The notes: generated by a model not told the origin, from the letters alone. A stretch of 64,000 bases of DNA from Eledone cirrhosa (GCA_964016885.1 OZ024766.1:17422001-17486000), one strand, 5' to 3'. Positions 1 through 14,049 are shown, counted from the first letter of the stretch. Translations and numbers: made by a program.

Positions 1-395
1 GGGGGCACAAGGCCAGCAATTACCCCAGTGTATTACTGGTACTTTATTTTACTGACCCCCGTAATAACTGTTTCTACTTATGGGGGCACAAGGCCAGCAA
101 TTACCCCAGTGTATTACTGGTACTTTATTTTACTGACCCCCGTAATAACTGTTTCTACTTATGGGGGCACAAGGCCAGCAATTACCCCAGTGTATTACTG
201 GTACTTTATTTTACTGACCCCCGTAATAACTGTTTCTACTTTTGGGGGCACAGGGCCAGCAATTACCCCAGTACATTACTGGTACTTTATTTTATCGACC
301 CCCGTAAGGATGAAAGGAAAGGCTAACCTCGACGGGATTTGAACTCGTACCGTAAAGAGCCGTAACTCTATGCTACACAGCATGTTATCTGACCC
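1..395 (-). mobile_element. tRNA-derived SINE (Meta-domain-like) whose 3' part is tandemly repeated as an 81-bp unit x4
   Basis: GGGGGCACA starts at 1, 82, 163 and 244. The last copy continues into TTTTATCGACCCCCGTAAGGATGAAAGG...GGGATTTGAACTC, the reverse complement of B box GAGTTCAAATCCC. The same family occurs at 48752, 50052, 50364 and 50903. Confidence 0.75.
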
Positions 396-489
396 TGAAG
401 ACAAGGATTTTTGTTTATTTCTTTCCTCACATGTTGGTCTCATGCACACAAATGATTAATTGATGAGTTCTATAATTTCCTTTTGTGTT

Positions 490-3400
490 TGTTGGTGGTG
501 AGGGGGGGGGGGGGGCTGGGAACTGGCGGTGTTGAGGTGGTGTTGTGGTGTTGGTGTTGGTGTTGGTGGTGTTGTTGGTGTTGTTGGTGTTGGTGGTGGT
601 GGTGGTGATGGTAGTGGTGGTGGTGGTGTTGTTGGTGGTGGTGGTGGTGGTAGTGTTGTGGTGTTGGTGGTGGTGTTGGTGGTGGTGTTGGTGTTGGTGT
701 TGGTGGTGGTGGTGGTGGTGTTGGTGGTGGTGGTGTTGGTGGTGGTGGTGGTGGTGGTGGTGGTGTGGTGAGGTGGGGTGGCGGAGGGCGGCGGGGCTGG
801 GAACTGGCGGTGTTGAGGTGGTGTTGTGGTGTTGGTGGTGGTGTTGGTGGTGGTGGTGGTGTGGTGAGGTGGGGTGGCGGAGGGCGGCGGGGCTGGGAAC
901 TGGCGGTGTTGAGGTGGTGTTGTGGTGTTGGTGGTGGTGTTGGTGGTGGTGGTGGTGTGGTGAGGTGGGGTGGCGGAGGGCGGCGGGGCTGGGAACTGGC
1001 GGTGTTGAGGTGGTGTTGTGGTGTTGGTGGTGGTGTTGGTGGTGGTGGTGGTGTGGTGAGGTGGGGTGGCAGAGGGCGGCGGGGCTGGGAGCTGGCGGTG
1101 TTGTGGTGGTGTTGTGGTGTTGGTGATGGTGTTGTTGTTGGTGGTGGTGTTGTTGGTGGTGGTGTTGGTGGTGTTGGTGTTGGTGTTGGTGGTGTTGTTG
1201 GTGGTGTTGGTGTTGTTGGTGGTGGTGTTGGTGGTGTTGGTGTTGGTGTTGGTGGTGTTGTTGGTGGTGTTGGTGTTGTTGGTGGTGTTGTTGGTGGTGT
1301 TGGTGTTGTTGGTGGTGTTGGTGGTGTTGGTGGTGTTGTTGGTGGTGTTGGTGGTGTTGGTGGTGTTGGTGGTGGTGGTGTTGTTGTTGTTGGTGGTGGT
1401 GTTGGTGATGGTGGTGTTGTTGGTGGTGTTGGTGGTGTTGGTGGTGTTGTTGGTGGTGGTGTTGTTGTTGTTGGTGGTGGTGTTGGTGTTGTTGTTGTTG
1501 GTGGTGTTGTTGTTGTTGGTGTTGTTGTTGGTGGTGGTGTTGTTGTTGGTGGTGGTGTTGTTGTTGGTGGTGGTGGTGTTGTTGGTGGTGGTGTTGGTGT
1601 TGGTGTTGTTGGTGGTGTTGTTGGTGTTGTTGGTGTTGGTGGTGGTGTTGTTGTTGGTGGTGGTGGTGTTGTTGGTGGTGGTGTTGGTGTTGTTGGTGGT
1701 GTTGTTGGTGTTGTTGTTGTTGGTGGTGTTGGTGGTGTTGTTGGTGGTGTTGGTGGTGGTGCTGTTGTTGTTGGTGGTGGTGTTGGTGTTGTTGTTGTTG
1801 GTGGTGTTGTTGTTGTGGTGTTGTTGGTGGTGGTGGTGGTGTTGTGGTGTTGTTGGTGGTGTTGTTGGTGTTGTTGGTGGTGGTGTTGTTGTTGTTGGTG
1901 GTGGTGTTGGTGGTGTTGTTGTTGGTGTTGTTGTTGTTGTTGGTGTTGTTGTTGGGTGGTGGTGTTGGTGGTGGTGTTGGTGTTGTTGTTGTTGGTGTTG
2001 TTGTTGTTGTTGGTGTTGTTGTTGTTGGTGGTGTTGGTGTTGTTGGTGGTGGTGTTGGTGGTGGTGTTGGTGTTGTTGTTGTTGTGGTGGTGTTGTGGTG
2101 TTGTTGTTGTTGGTGGTGTTGTTGTTGTTGGTGTTGTTGTTGTTGGTGGTGTTGGTGGGTGTTGTTGGTGGTGGTGTTGTTGTTGTTGGTGGTGGTGTTG
2201 GTGTTGTTGGTGGTGGTGTTGGTGTTGTTGTTGTTGGTGTTGTTGTTGTTGGTGGTGTTGGTGTTGTTGGTGTTGTTGGTGGTGTTGGTGGGTGTTGGTG
2301 TTGGTGGTGGTGGTGTTGTTGTTGTTGGTGGTGTTGTGTTGTTGGTGTTGTTGGTGGTGTGGTGGTGTGGTGTTGTGGGTTGGTGGTGTTGTTGTTGGTG
2401 GTGTTGTTGTTGTTGGTGTTGTTGTTGTTGGTGGTGTTGGTGGTGTTGTTGGTGGTGTGGTGGTGGTGTTGTTGGTGGTGTGGTGGTGTTGGTGGTGGTG
2501 TTGTTGTTGGTGGTGGTGGTGGTGGGTGGTGGTGGTGGTGGTGGTGGTGGTGGTGGTGGTGGTGTTGTTGTTGTTGGTGGTGTTGTTGTTGTTGGTGTTG
2601 TTGTTGGTGGTGGTGTTGTTGTTGTTGGTGGTGGTGTTGGTGTTGTTGTTGTTGGTGGTGTTGTTGTTGTTGGTGTTGTTGGTGTTGTTGGTGGTGGTGT
2701 TGTTGTTGGTGGTGGTGGTGTTGTTGGTGGTGGTGTTGGTGTTGTTGGTGGTGTTGTTGTTGGTGTTGTTGGTGTTGGTGGTGGTGGTGGTGTTGTTGGT
2801 AGTGTTGTTGGTGTTGGTGGTGGTGGTGGTGTTGGTGTTGTTGTTGTTGGTGTTGTTGGTGTTGTTGGTGGTGGTGTTGTTGTTGGTGGTGGTGTTGGTG
2901 TTGTTGGTGGTGTTGTTGGTGTTGTTGTTGTTGGTGGTGGTGGTGGTGTTGGTGGTGGTGTTGGTGTTGTTGTTGTTGGTGGTGGTGTTGGTGTTGTTGT
3001 TGTTGGTGGTGGTGTTGTTGTTGTTGGTGTTGTTGGTGTTGTTGGTGGTGTTGTTGGTGGTGTTGTTGGTGTTGTTGTTGTTGGTGGTGTTGTTGTTGTT
3101 GGTGGTGGTGTTGGTGTTGTTGTTGTTGGTGGTGGTGTTGGTGTTGTTGTTGTTGGTGGTGGTGTTGTTGTTGTTGGTGTTGTTGGTGTTGTTGGTGGTG
3201 GTGGTGTTGTTGGTGGTGTCGGTGGTGGTGTTGTTGGTGTTGGTGTTGTTGGTGTTGTTGTTGTTGGTGTTGTTGGTGTTGTTGGTGTTGTTGGTGGTGG
3301 TGTTGTTGGTGTTGGTGTTGTTGGTGTTGTTGGTGGTGGTGGTGTTGTTGGTGGTGTTGGTGGTGGTGTTGTTGGTGTTGGTGTTGTTGGTGTTGTTGTT

Positions 3401-3670
3401 GTTGGTGTTGTTGGTGTGTTGGTGTTGTTGGTGTTGGTGTTGTTGGTGGTGTTGTTGGTGTTGTTGGTGGTGGTGTTGTTGTTGTTGGTGGTGGTGTTGG
3501 TGTTGTTGTTGTTGGTGGTGTTGTTGTTGTTGGTGTTGTTGTTGGTGGTGGTGTTGGTGGTGTTGTTGGTGGTGTTGGTGGTGGTGTTGTTGTTGTTGGT
3601 GGTGGTGTTGGTGTTGTTGTTGTTGGTGGTGTTGTTGTTGTTGGTGTTGTTGGTGTTGTTGGTGTTGTTG
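490..3670. repeat. (GGT/GTT)n low-complexity trinucleotide tract, including a 96-bp unit x4 at 765-1130
   Basis: About 3.2 kb made almost entirely of GGT/GTT. GTGGTGAGGTGGGGTGGC recurs at 765, 861, 957 and 1053. Confidence 0.95.
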
Positions 3671-3689
3671 GGGGCAAGTTCTGAGATGG

Positions 3690-3903
3690 CTAAGCTAGGT
3701 ATCTCTTCCTGATCTCCTGCTTCGTTGCGTCACCCTGGGTCGCAAGCCATCGGGTTTCGAAGATGTGTCTCGTGTAGTCGAGCGATTTCTCCTCGTAGAC
3801 GAGCTCGGCCAGAAAAAGGGCCAGTCCCTTAGAGAGCTCTTCGAACCCCAGTTCTGGAAGGGTTGTCAGGATGTGGGTCATCATCTCACATGTGTGAGGT
3901 TTC
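3690..3903 (-). CDS. OGFR-like: OGFr-domain protein, last coding exon (R)KPHTCEMMTHILTTLPELGFEELSKGLALFLAELVYEEKSLDYTRHIFETRWLATQGDATKQEIRKRYLA*
   Basis: Acceptor tttttggcag|G at 3904/3903, phase 2 matching the upstream exon, and a TAG stop. Aligns to the OGFr motif RSHNNLRITRILKSLGELG..FFLEE as recalled. Confidence 0.85.
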
Positions 3904-3959
3904 CTGCCAAAAACAACAACAACAACAAAATATTTTTAAATTCTAAGGCAAGAATGTTG

Positions 3960-5820
3960 GTGGAACATAACTTAACAAAGGTTCTTAGACAAATATAAAC
4001 GCTGTAACACTTTCATTATCATATTTCTAGTGGAACATAACTTAACAAAGGTTTTTAGATAAATATAAACACTTTAACCCTTTCATTATCATATTTCTAG
4101 TGGAACATAACTTAACAAAGGTTTTTAGATAAATATAAACACTGTAACCCTTTCATTATCATATTTCTAGTGGAACATAACTTAACAAAGGTTTTTAGAT
4201 AAATATAAACACTGTAACCCTTTCATTATCATATTTCTAGTGGAACATAACTTCACAAAGGTTTTTAGATAAATATAAACACTTTAACCCTTTCCTTACC
4301 ATATTTCTAATGGAACATAACTTAACAAAGGTTCTTACATAAAATTATGGTGGAAGGTTTTTTGATAAATATAAACACTTTAACCCTTTCATTACCATAT
4401 TTCTAATGGAACATAACTTAACAAAGGTTCTTACATATTTCTAATGGAACATAACTTAACAAAGGTTCTTACATAAAATTATGGTGGAAGGTTTTTAGAT
4501 AAATATAAACACTTTAACCCTTTCCTTACCATATTTCTAATGGAACATAACTTAACAAAGGTTCTTACATATTTCTAATGGAACATAACTTAACAAAGGT
4601 TCTTACATAAAATTATGGTGGAAGGTTTTTAGATAAATATAAACACTTTAACCCTTTCCTTACCATATTTCTAATGGAACATAACTTAACAAAGGTTCTT
4701 ACATATTTCTAATGGAACATAACTTAACAAAGGTTCTTACATAAAATTATGGTGGAAGGTTTTTAGATAAATATAAACACTTTAACCCTTTCATTACCAT
4801 ATTTCTAATGGAACATAACTTAACAAAGGTTCTTACATATTTCTAATGGAACATAACTTAACAAAGGTTCTTACATAAAATTATGGTGGAAGGTTTTTAG
4901 ATAAATATAAACACTTTAACCCTTTCATTACCATATTTCTAATGGAACATAACTTAACAAAGGTTCTTACATAAAATTATGGTGGAAGGTTTTTAGATAA
5001 ATATAAACACTTTAACCCTTTCATTACCATATTTCTAATGGAACATAACTTAACAAAGGTTCTTACATATTTCTAATGGAACATAACTTAACAAAGGTTC
5101 TTACATAAAATTATGGTGGAAGGTTTTTAGATAAATATAAACACTTTAACCCTTTCCTTACCATATTTCTAATGGAACATAACTTAACAAAGGTTCTTAC
5201 ATATTTCTAATGGAACATAACTTAACAAAGGTTCTTACATAAAATTATGGTGGAAGGTTTTTAGATAAATATAAACACTTTAACCCTTTCCTTACCATAT
5301 TTCTAATGGAACATAACTTAACAAAGGTTCTTACATAAAATTATGGTGGAAGGTTTTTAGATAAATATAAACACTTTAACCCTTTCCTTACCATATTTCT
5401 AATGGAACATAACTTAACAAAGGTTCTTACATAAAATTATGGTGGAAGGTTTTTAGATAAATATAAACACTTTAACCCTTTCATTACCATATTTCTAATG
5501 GAACATAACTTAACAAAGGTTCTTACATAAAACTATGGTGGAAGGTTTTTAGATAAATATAAACACTTTAACCCTTTCCTTACCATATTTCTAATGGAAC
5601 ATAACTTAACAAAGGTTCTTACATAAAATTATGGTGGAAGGTTTTTAGATAAATATAAACACTTTAACCCTTTCATTACCATATTTCTAATGGAACATAA
5701 CTTAACAAAGGTTCTTACATAAAATTATGGTGGAAGGTTTTTAGATAAATATAAACACTTTAACCCTTTCCTTACCATATTTCTAACGGAACATAACTTA
5801 ACAAAGGTTTTTAGATAAAT
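3960..5820. repeat. AT-rich minisatellite (70-bp, then about 94-bp and 35-bp subunits), probably derived from a TTAA-CCCTT MITE end
   Basis: TGGAACATAACTT recurs at 4031, 4101, 4171, 4241 and 4311, then with longer composite periods. Most units contain TTAACCCTTTC. Confidence 0.9.
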
Positions 5821-5846
5821 ATTCTTGAAATTGAGGTTATTATTAC

Positions 5847-5989
5847 CTTTCAAATATACCTCGTCGAAGCCAGAAGTTTTCTGCCACTCCAAAGTGACCT
5901 TCACTACTCACAGTCATCCCAAACAGATCCAGCATCATGGTGAAAGCCCTGTGTACTCTGCTTTTTAACAGAATGTCTGTCTTGAGTTC
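5847..5989 (-). CDS. OGFR-like: OGFr-domain protein exon ELKTDILLKSRVHRAFTMMLDLFGMTVSSEGHFGVAENFWLRRGIFE(R)
   Basis: Acceptor ccaacag|GAA and donor AG|gtaata; 143 nt, phase 0 to 2. Resembles OGFr RLVRAYELMLGFYG...AQNYQKR. Confidence 0.88.
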
Positions 5990-5996
5990 CTGTTGG

Positions 5997-7236
5997 ATAT
6001 ATAATATATATAATATATAATATATAATATATAATATAATATATAATATATATATAATATATAATATATAATATATATATATATATTATATATTATATAT
6101 TATATATATATATAATATATATAATATATATAATATATAATATATAATATAATATATAATATATATATAATATATATAATATATAATATATAATATATAA
6201 TATATAATATATATAATATATAATATATAATATAATATATAATATATATAATATATAATATATAATATAATATATAATATATAATATATAATATATAATA
6301 TATAATATATATATAATATATATAATAAATATAATATATAATATATATATAATATATATAATATATAATATATAATATATAATATAATATATAATATATA
6401 TATAATATATATAATATATAATATATAATATATAATATATAATATATAATATATAATATAATATATAATATATATAATATATAATATATATATAATATAT
6501 ATAATATATAATATATAATATATATATATATATATTATATATTATATATATATATAATATATATAATATATAATATATAATATATATATATATATATATA
6601 ATATATATAATATATAATATATAATATATATAATATAATATATAATATATAATATATATATAATATATATAATATATAATATATAATATATATATATATA
6701 TATAATATATAATATATAATATAATATATAATATATATAATATATAATATATAATATATAATATATAATATATAATATAATATATAATATATAATATATA
6801 ATATAATATATAATATATATAATATATAATATATAATATATAATATAATATATAATATATATAATATATAATATATAATATATAATATATATTATAATAT
6901 ATAATATATATAATATATAATATATAATATATAATATATATAATATATATATATATAATATATAATATATAATATATAATATAATATATATAATATATAA
7001 TATATAATATATATATATATATAATATATAATATATAATATATAATATATAATATAATATATAATATATATAATATATAATATATAATATATAATATAAT
7101 ATATAATATATATAATATATAATATATAATATATAATATATATAATATATATATAATATATATAATATATAATATATAATATATATATATATATATATAA
7201 TATATAATATATAATATATATAATATATAATATATA
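5997..7236. repeat. (TATAA/TA)n microsatellite
   Basis: About 1.2 kb of pure A/T simple repeat. Confidence 0.97.
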
Positions 7237-7709
7237 AACACACACTAGTCACCCAGCAGACACAACACTATACACACTAGTCACACAGCAAACGTAACAC
7301 TATACACACATGCAAACGCATGCGCAAAGAAGACAAAATAAAATAAACAAACAAGCAAATAAATAAATAAATATATAGATAGACTGAATAAAAAATGGCG
7401 TAGACATACAACACAACAGGAGGAAAAAATATAACACCACTGACGATGTTGCAGATGTGCAACGAAAGATTTATGTAAATTATGTAAACTATATATATGT
7501 GTTTGTGTCTATATTGTATCTGTATTATTTTTGACCGTCGGTCAGTCAATGGCAACATTGAGGACCGATTAAGTTAGATCGCAGATATAAAAGACAGCTA
7601 GAAGCGAAAACCAACCAAACAGTGAGTGTGTTCTGTTATTAATTCTGGCAATATTACACAAATATGACCCTCCCCAAGTATAAAAATATATATATATATA
7701 TATATATAA

Positions 7710-10700
7710 CATGAACGGCAAAGCATTAACGAACTAAGGGAGAAATTAGGAATAAGAGGGATCAGATGTTGTTTACTCGAGAGAAGGCTACGTTGGTATG
7801 GTCACGTGATGCGCATGAAAGACGACAGCTGTATAAAAAAGTGTAGGGCAATAAAAATAGACGGTAGCCACAGAGTAGGCAGACCCAGAAAAACCTGGGA
7901 CGACTTGATAAATTCCGACCTCACACACTTACACCTCTCCAAGACAATGTCACTGGACCGAGATCTTTGGCGGTACTCAGTAATAGAGAAGACCCGCCTT
8001 GCCTAAGTACAAAGTTAAACCTACCACAGTCAGTAGGCACCTCTAATCAAATACACCCCCGTCCCACTACCCCCACCCCATCCACACCACCCCTTTCAAT
8101 GTAAAGTTATGTTGGTACCACAACATCCAGTCCGAAACAAATGAGGTCGTGTAGGTGTCACGACAAAAAAAAAACACACAGTCCACGCTGTAATGTGGCC
8201 GTGTAGGTAACACGGTAAAAACCTCCCAGTCCACACTGTAAACGTGGTTGGTGTTAGGAAGGGCATCCAGCTGTAGAAAACCCGCCAGACAGTCCACACT
8301 GTAATGTGGCCGTGTAGGCAACATGGTAAAAACCTCCCAGCCCCACACTGTAAACGTGGTTGGTGTTAGGAAGGGCATCCAGCTGTAGAAAACCCGCCAG
8401 ACAGTCCACGCTGTAATGTGGCTGTGTAGGTAACACGGTAAAAACCTCCCAGTCCACACTGTAAATGTGGTTGGTGTTAGGAAGGGCATCCAGCTGTAGA
8501 AAACCCGCCAGACAGTCCACGCTGTAATGTGGCTGTGTAGGTAACACGGTAAAAACCTCCCAGTCCACACTGTAAACGTGGTTGGTGTTAGGAAGGGCAT
8601 CCAGCTGTAGAAAACCCGCCAGACAGTCCACACTGTAATGTGGCTGTGTAGGCAACATGGTAAAAACCTCCCAGCCCCACACTGTAAACGTGGTTGGTGT
8701 TAGGAAGGGCATCCAGCTGTAGAAAACCCGCCAGACAGTCCACGCTGTAATGTGGCTGTGTAGGTAACACGGTAAAAACCTCCCAGTCCACACTGTAAAC
8801 GTGGTTGGTGTTAGGAAGGGCATCCAGCTGTAGAAAACCCGCCAGACAGTCCACGCTGTAATGTGGCCGTGTAGGCAACATGGTAAAAACCTCCCAGCCC
8901 CACACTGTAAACGTGGTTGGTGTTAGGAAGGGCATCCAGCTGTAGAAAACCCGCCAGACAGTCCACGCTGTAATGTGGCTGTGTAGGTAACACGGTAAAA
9001 ACCTCCCAGTCCACACTGTAAACGTGGTTGATGTTAGGAAGGGCATCCAGCTGTAGAAAACCCGCCAGACAGTCCACGCTGTAATGTGGCCGTGTAGGCA
9101 ACATGGTAAAAACCTCCCAGCCCCACACTGTAAACGTGGTTGGTGCTAGGAAGGGCATCCAGCTGTAGAAAAGCCGCCAGACAGTCCACGCTGTAATGTG
9201 GCTGTGTAGGTAACACGGTAAAAACCTCCCAGTCCACACTGTAAACGTGGTTGGTGTTAGGAAGGGCATCCAGCTGTAGAAAACCTGCCAGACAGTCCAC
9301 GCTGTAATGTGGCTGTGTAGGCAACATGGTAAAAACCTCCCAGCGCCACACTGTAAACGTGGTTGGTGTTAGGAAGGGCATCCAGCTGTAGAAAACCCGC
9401 CAGACAGTCCACGCTGTAATGTGGCTGTGTAGGTAACACGGTAAAAACCTCCCAGTCCACACTGTAAACGTGGTTGGTGTTAGGAAGGGCATCCAGCTGT
9501 AGAAAACCCGCCAGACAGTCCACGCTGTAATGTGGCTGTGTAGGCAACATGGTAAAAACCTCCCAGCCCCACACTGTAAACGTGGTTGGTGTTAGGAAGG
9601 GCATCCAGCTGTAGAAAACCCGCCAGACAGTCCACGCTGTAATGTGGCTGTGTAGGTAACACGGTAAAAACCTCCCAGTCCACACTGTAAACGTGGTTGG
9701 TGTTAGGAAGGGCATCCAGCTGTAGAAAACCCGCCAGACAGTCCACGCTGTAATGTGGCTGTGTAGGCAACATGGTAAAAACCTCCCAGCCCCACACTGT
9801 AAACGTGGTTGGTGTTAGGAAGGGCATCCAGCTGTAGAAAACCCGCCAGACAGTCCACGCTGTAATGTGGCTGTGTAGGCAACATGGTAAAAACCTCCCA
9901 GCCCCACACTGTAAACGTGGTTGGTGTTAGGAAGGGCATCCAGCTGTAGAAAACCCGCCAGACAGTCCACGCTGTAATGTGGCTGTGTAGGCAACATGGT
10001 AAAAACCTCCCAGCCCCACACTGTAAATGTGGTTGGTGTTAGGAAGGGCATCCAGCTGTAGAAAACCCGCCAGACAGTCCACGCTGTAATGTGGCTGTGT
10101 AGGTAACACGGTAAAAACCTCCCAGCCCCACACTGTAAACGTGGTTGGTGTTAGGAAGGGCATCCAACTGTAGAAAACCCGCCAGACAGTCCACGCTGTA
10201 ATGTGGCTGTGTAGGTAACACGGTAAAAACCTCCCAGTCCACACTGTAAACGTGGTTGGTGTTAGGAAGGGCATCCAGCTGTAGAAAACCCGCCAGACAG
10301 TCCACGCTGTAATGTGGCTGTGTAGGCAACATGGTAAAAACCTCCCAGCCCCACACTGTAAACGTGGTTGGTGTTAGGAAGGGCATCCAGCTGTAGAAAA
10401 CCCGCCAGACAGTCCACGCTGTAATGTGGCTGTGTAGGCAACATGGTAAAAACCTCCCAGCCCCACACTGTAAACGTGGTTGGTGTTAGGAAGGGCATCC
10501 AGCTGTAGAAAACCCGCCAGACAGTCCACGCTGTAATGTGGCTGTGTAGGCAACATGGTAAAAACCTCCCAGCCCCACACTGTAAACGTGGTTGGTGTTA
10601 GGAAGGGCATCCAGCTGTAGAAAACCCGCCAGACAGTCCACGCTGTAATGTGGCTGTGTAGGCAACATGGTAAAAACCTCCCAGCCCCACACTGTAAACG

Positions 10701-11198
10701 TGGTTGGTGTTAGGAAGGGCATCCAGCTGTAGAAAACCCGCCAGACAGTCCACGCTGTAATGTGGCTGTGTAGGCAACATGGTAAAAACCTCCCAGCCCC
10801 ACACTGTAAATGTGGTTGGTGTTAGGAAGGGCATCCAGCTGTAGAAAACCCGCCAGACAGTCCACGCTGTAATGTGGCTGTGTAGGTAACACGGTAAAAA
10901 CCTCCCAGCCCCACACTGTAAACGTGGTTGGTGTTAGGAAGGGCATCCAACTGTAGAAAACCCGCCAGACAGTCCACGCTGTAATGTGGCTGTGTAGGTA
11001 ACACGGTAAAAACCTCCCAGTCCACACTGTAAACGTGGTTGGTGTTAGGAAGGGCATCCAGCTGTAGAAAACCCGCCAGACAGTCCTATGCGAGCAAGAC
11101 AACCACTCTTGCCTCAAGTGGGAAAACTCCCGTCCAAACCCATGCAAGCGTGGAACACGGACGTTAAACGTTGATGATGATGATGATGATGATGATGA
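7710..11198 (+). mobile_element. 5'-truncated RTE-clade LINE: ORF end, 3' UTR expanded by a minisatellite, (GAT)n tail
   Basis: Translation ERRLRWYGHVMRMKDDSCIKKC...GRPRKTWDD...TRLA* with stop at 8006. Ends ...GGACGTTAAACGTTGATGATGAT at about 11198. Confidence 0.85.
8180..11085. repeat. 111/112-bp minisatellite, about 26 copies, with a 223-bp dimer and a 783-bp higher-order duplication
   Basis: GTTAGGAAGGGCATCCAGCTGTAGAAAACCCGCCAGACAGTCC is periodic. The variant CATCCAACTG occurs at 10161 and 10944. Confidence 0.95.
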
Positions 11199-11199
11199 T

Positions 11200-11362
11200 A
11201 ACGAAGGAAATGTGGTAAGGAACCAGATGGATCATAACGCGCCAAAGTACTCAATACTTAGGGTAGTAGAGTGGGTAATAGGAACGAGTAGGACCCCGAC
11301 GGCTGAGCGCAAGCCGTTTCGACGGCTAATTCTGGTCCAGAATTAGCCGTCGAAACAGCTTG
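11200..11362 (-). mobile_element. Short Penelope-like repeat fragment carrying the 3' half of a hammerhead and ending in a palindrome
   Basis: Minus strand reads stem II - GAAA CGGCT..AGCCG TC GGGG. Copies at 23181-23370, 25520-25563 and 32955-33025. Confidence 0.55.
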
Positions 11363-11499
11363 AAGATTTGTAAGAGCCTACTTCCATAAGAATCCATGGA
11401 TCTTATACAAGTTTCTACAGAACTTGGTATAATTTCCCCCACCTTGTAGAAATCTTACAATGAAACGATTCATTTGGAAAATGAGATCTTTAATATATC

Positions 11500-14049
11500 A
11501 TTTCATTTTCATTTCATTTTACGTCCGCTTTTTCCCTGCTTGCAAGGTTGGGACGGGAACTGATGCTGGCTTGATTTCTACAGCTGGATGCCCTTCCTAA
11601 CACCAACCTCATTTACAGTGAGTGCTGGGTGCTTTTTTGCCGTGGCACCTCCACGACCACTTTACAGTGAGTGCTGGGTGCTTTTTTGCCGTGGCACCTC
11701 CACGACCACTTTACAGTGAGTGCTGGGTGCTTTTTTGCAGTGGGACCTCCACGACCACTTTACTGTGAGTGCTGGGTGCTTTTTTGCAGTGGCACCTCCA
11801 CGACCACTTTACAGTGAGTGCTGGGTGCTTTTTTGCCGTGGCACCTCCACGACCACTTTACTGTGAGTGCTGGGTGCTTTTTTGCAGTGGCACCTCCACG
11901 ACCACTTTACAGTGAGTGCTGGGTGCTTTTTTGCCGTGGCACCTCCACGACCACTTTACTGTGAGTGCTGGGTGCTTTTTCGTGGCACCTCCACGATCAC
12001 TTTACAGTGAGTGCTGGGTGCTTTTTTGCCGTGGCACCTCCACGACCACTTTACTGTGAGTGCTGGGTGCTTTTTTGCAGTGGCACCTCCACGACCACTT
12101 TACTGTGAGTGCTGGGTGCTTTTTTGCCGTGGCACCTCCACGACCACTTTACAGTGAGTGCTGGGTGCTTTTTTGCCGTGGCACCTCCACGACCACTTTA
12201 CAGTGAGTGCTGGGTGCTTTTTTGCAGTGGCACCTCCACGACCACTTTACAGTGAGTCCTGGGTGCTTTTTTGCCGTGGCACCTCCACGACCACTTTACA
12301 GTGAGTGCTGGGTGCTTTTTTGCCGTGGCACCTCCACGACCACTTTACAGTGAGTGCTGGGTGCTTTTTTGCCGTGGCACCTCCACGACCACTTTACAGT
12401 GAGTGCTGGGTGCTTTTTTGCCGTGGCCCCTCCACTACCACTTTACAGTGAGTGCTGGGTGCTTTTTTGCTGTGGCACCTCCACGACCACTTTACAGTGA
12501 GTGCTGGGTGGTTTTTTGCTGTGGCACCTCCACGACCACTTTACAGTGAGTGCTGGGTGCTTTTTTGCCGTGGCGCCTCCACGACCACTTTACAGTGAGT
12601 GCTGGGTGCCTTTTTTGCCGTGGACACCTCCACGACCACTTTACAGTGAGTACTGGGTGCTTTTTTGCCGTGGCACCTCCACGACCACTTTACAGTGAGT
12701 GCTGGGTGCTTTTTTGCCATGGCACCACCACGACCACTTTACAGTGAGTGCTGGGTGCTTTTTTGCCGTGGCACCTCCACGACCACTTTACAGTGAGTGC
12801 TGGGTGCTTTTTTGCCGTGGCACCTCCACGACCACTTTACAGTGAGTGCTGGGTGCTTTTTGCCGTGGCACCTCCACGACCACTTTACAGTGAGTGCTGG
12901 GTGCTTTTTTGCCATGGCACCTCCACGACCACTTTACAGTGAGTGCTGGGTGCTTTTTTGCAGTGGCACCTCCACGACCACTTTACAGTGAGTGCTGGGT
13001 GCTTTTTGCCGTGGCACCTCCACAACCACTTTACAGTGAGTGCTGGGTGCTTTTTTGCAGTGGCACCTCCACGACCACTTTACAGTGAGTGCTGGGTGCT
13101 TTTTTGCAGTGGCACCTCCACGACCACTTTACAGTGGGTGCTGGGTGCTTTTTTGCCGTGGACACCTCCACGACCACTTTACAGTGAGTGCTGGGTGCTT
13201 TTTTGCTGTGGCACCTCCACGACCACTTTACAGTGAGTGCTGGGTGCTTTTTTGCCGTGGACACCTCCACGACCACTTTACAGTGAGTGCTGGGTGCTTT
13301 TTTGCCGTGGACACCTCCACAACCACTTTACAGTGAGTGCTGGGTGCTTTTTTGCAGTGGCACCTCCACAACCACTTTACAGTGAGTGCTGGGTGCTTTT
13401 TTGCAGTGGCACCTCCACGACCACTTTACAGTGTGGGCTGGGTGCTTTTTTGCTGTGGCACCTCCACGACCACTTTACAGTGTTGGCTGGGTGCTTTTTT
13501 GCTGTGGCACCTCCACGACCACTTTACAGTGTGGGCTGGGTGCTTTTTTGCTGTGGCACCTCCACGACCACTTTACAGTGTGGGCTGGGTGCTTTTTTGC
13601 TGTGGCACCTCCACGACCACTTTACAGTGTGTGCTGGGTGCTTTTTTGCCGTGGACACCTCCACGACCACTTTACAGTGAGTGCTGGGTGCTTTTTTGCT
13701 GTGGCACCTCCACGACCACTTTACAGTGTGTGCTGGGTGCTTTTTTGCCGTGGACACCTCCACGACCACTTTACAGTGTGTGCTGGGTGCTTTTTTGCCG
13801 TGGACACCTCCACGACCACTTTACAGTGAGTGCTGGGTGCTTTTTTGCCGTGGCACCTCCACGACCACTTTGCAGTGGAATGATAGGGACCCCAGTCCCT
13901 ATCATCTCATTTCTACAGCTGAGTAAACTGGAGCAATGTGAAATAAAGTGTCTTGCTCAAGGAAACAACACATCACCCAGTCTGAGAATTGAACTCACAA
14001 CCTTTCGATTGCAAGGCCAATGCTCTAACCACTAAGCCATGTGCCTCCA
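11500..14049 (-). mobile_element. tRNA-derived SINE (CORE-like centre, RTE-derived tail) with its internal 49-bp unit expanded to about 46 copies (11615-13870)
   Basis: Head GGAGGCACATGGCTTAGTGG..GAGTTCAATTC at 14049-13985 on the minus strand; tail at 11500-11600. Single-unit copies at 22059 and 37479. Confidence 0.9.

Noticed and set aside
456-3712. ORFs of 600-1070 aa (poly-Q/H/T/V/G)
   Set aside because: The trinucleotide tract lacks stop codons in most frames, and it lies just downstream of the OGFr-like stop.
5860-5861. Alternative donor G|gtatat for the 5989 exon
   Set aside because: Phase 1 is incompatible with the next exon, whereas the 5847 donor gives an ungapped OGFr alignment.
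7438-7476. Hammerhead-like CTGACGA-TGTTGCA..TGCAAC-GAAA
   Set aside because: Stem I is only 2 bp and stem III is not convincing; at best a decayed copy.
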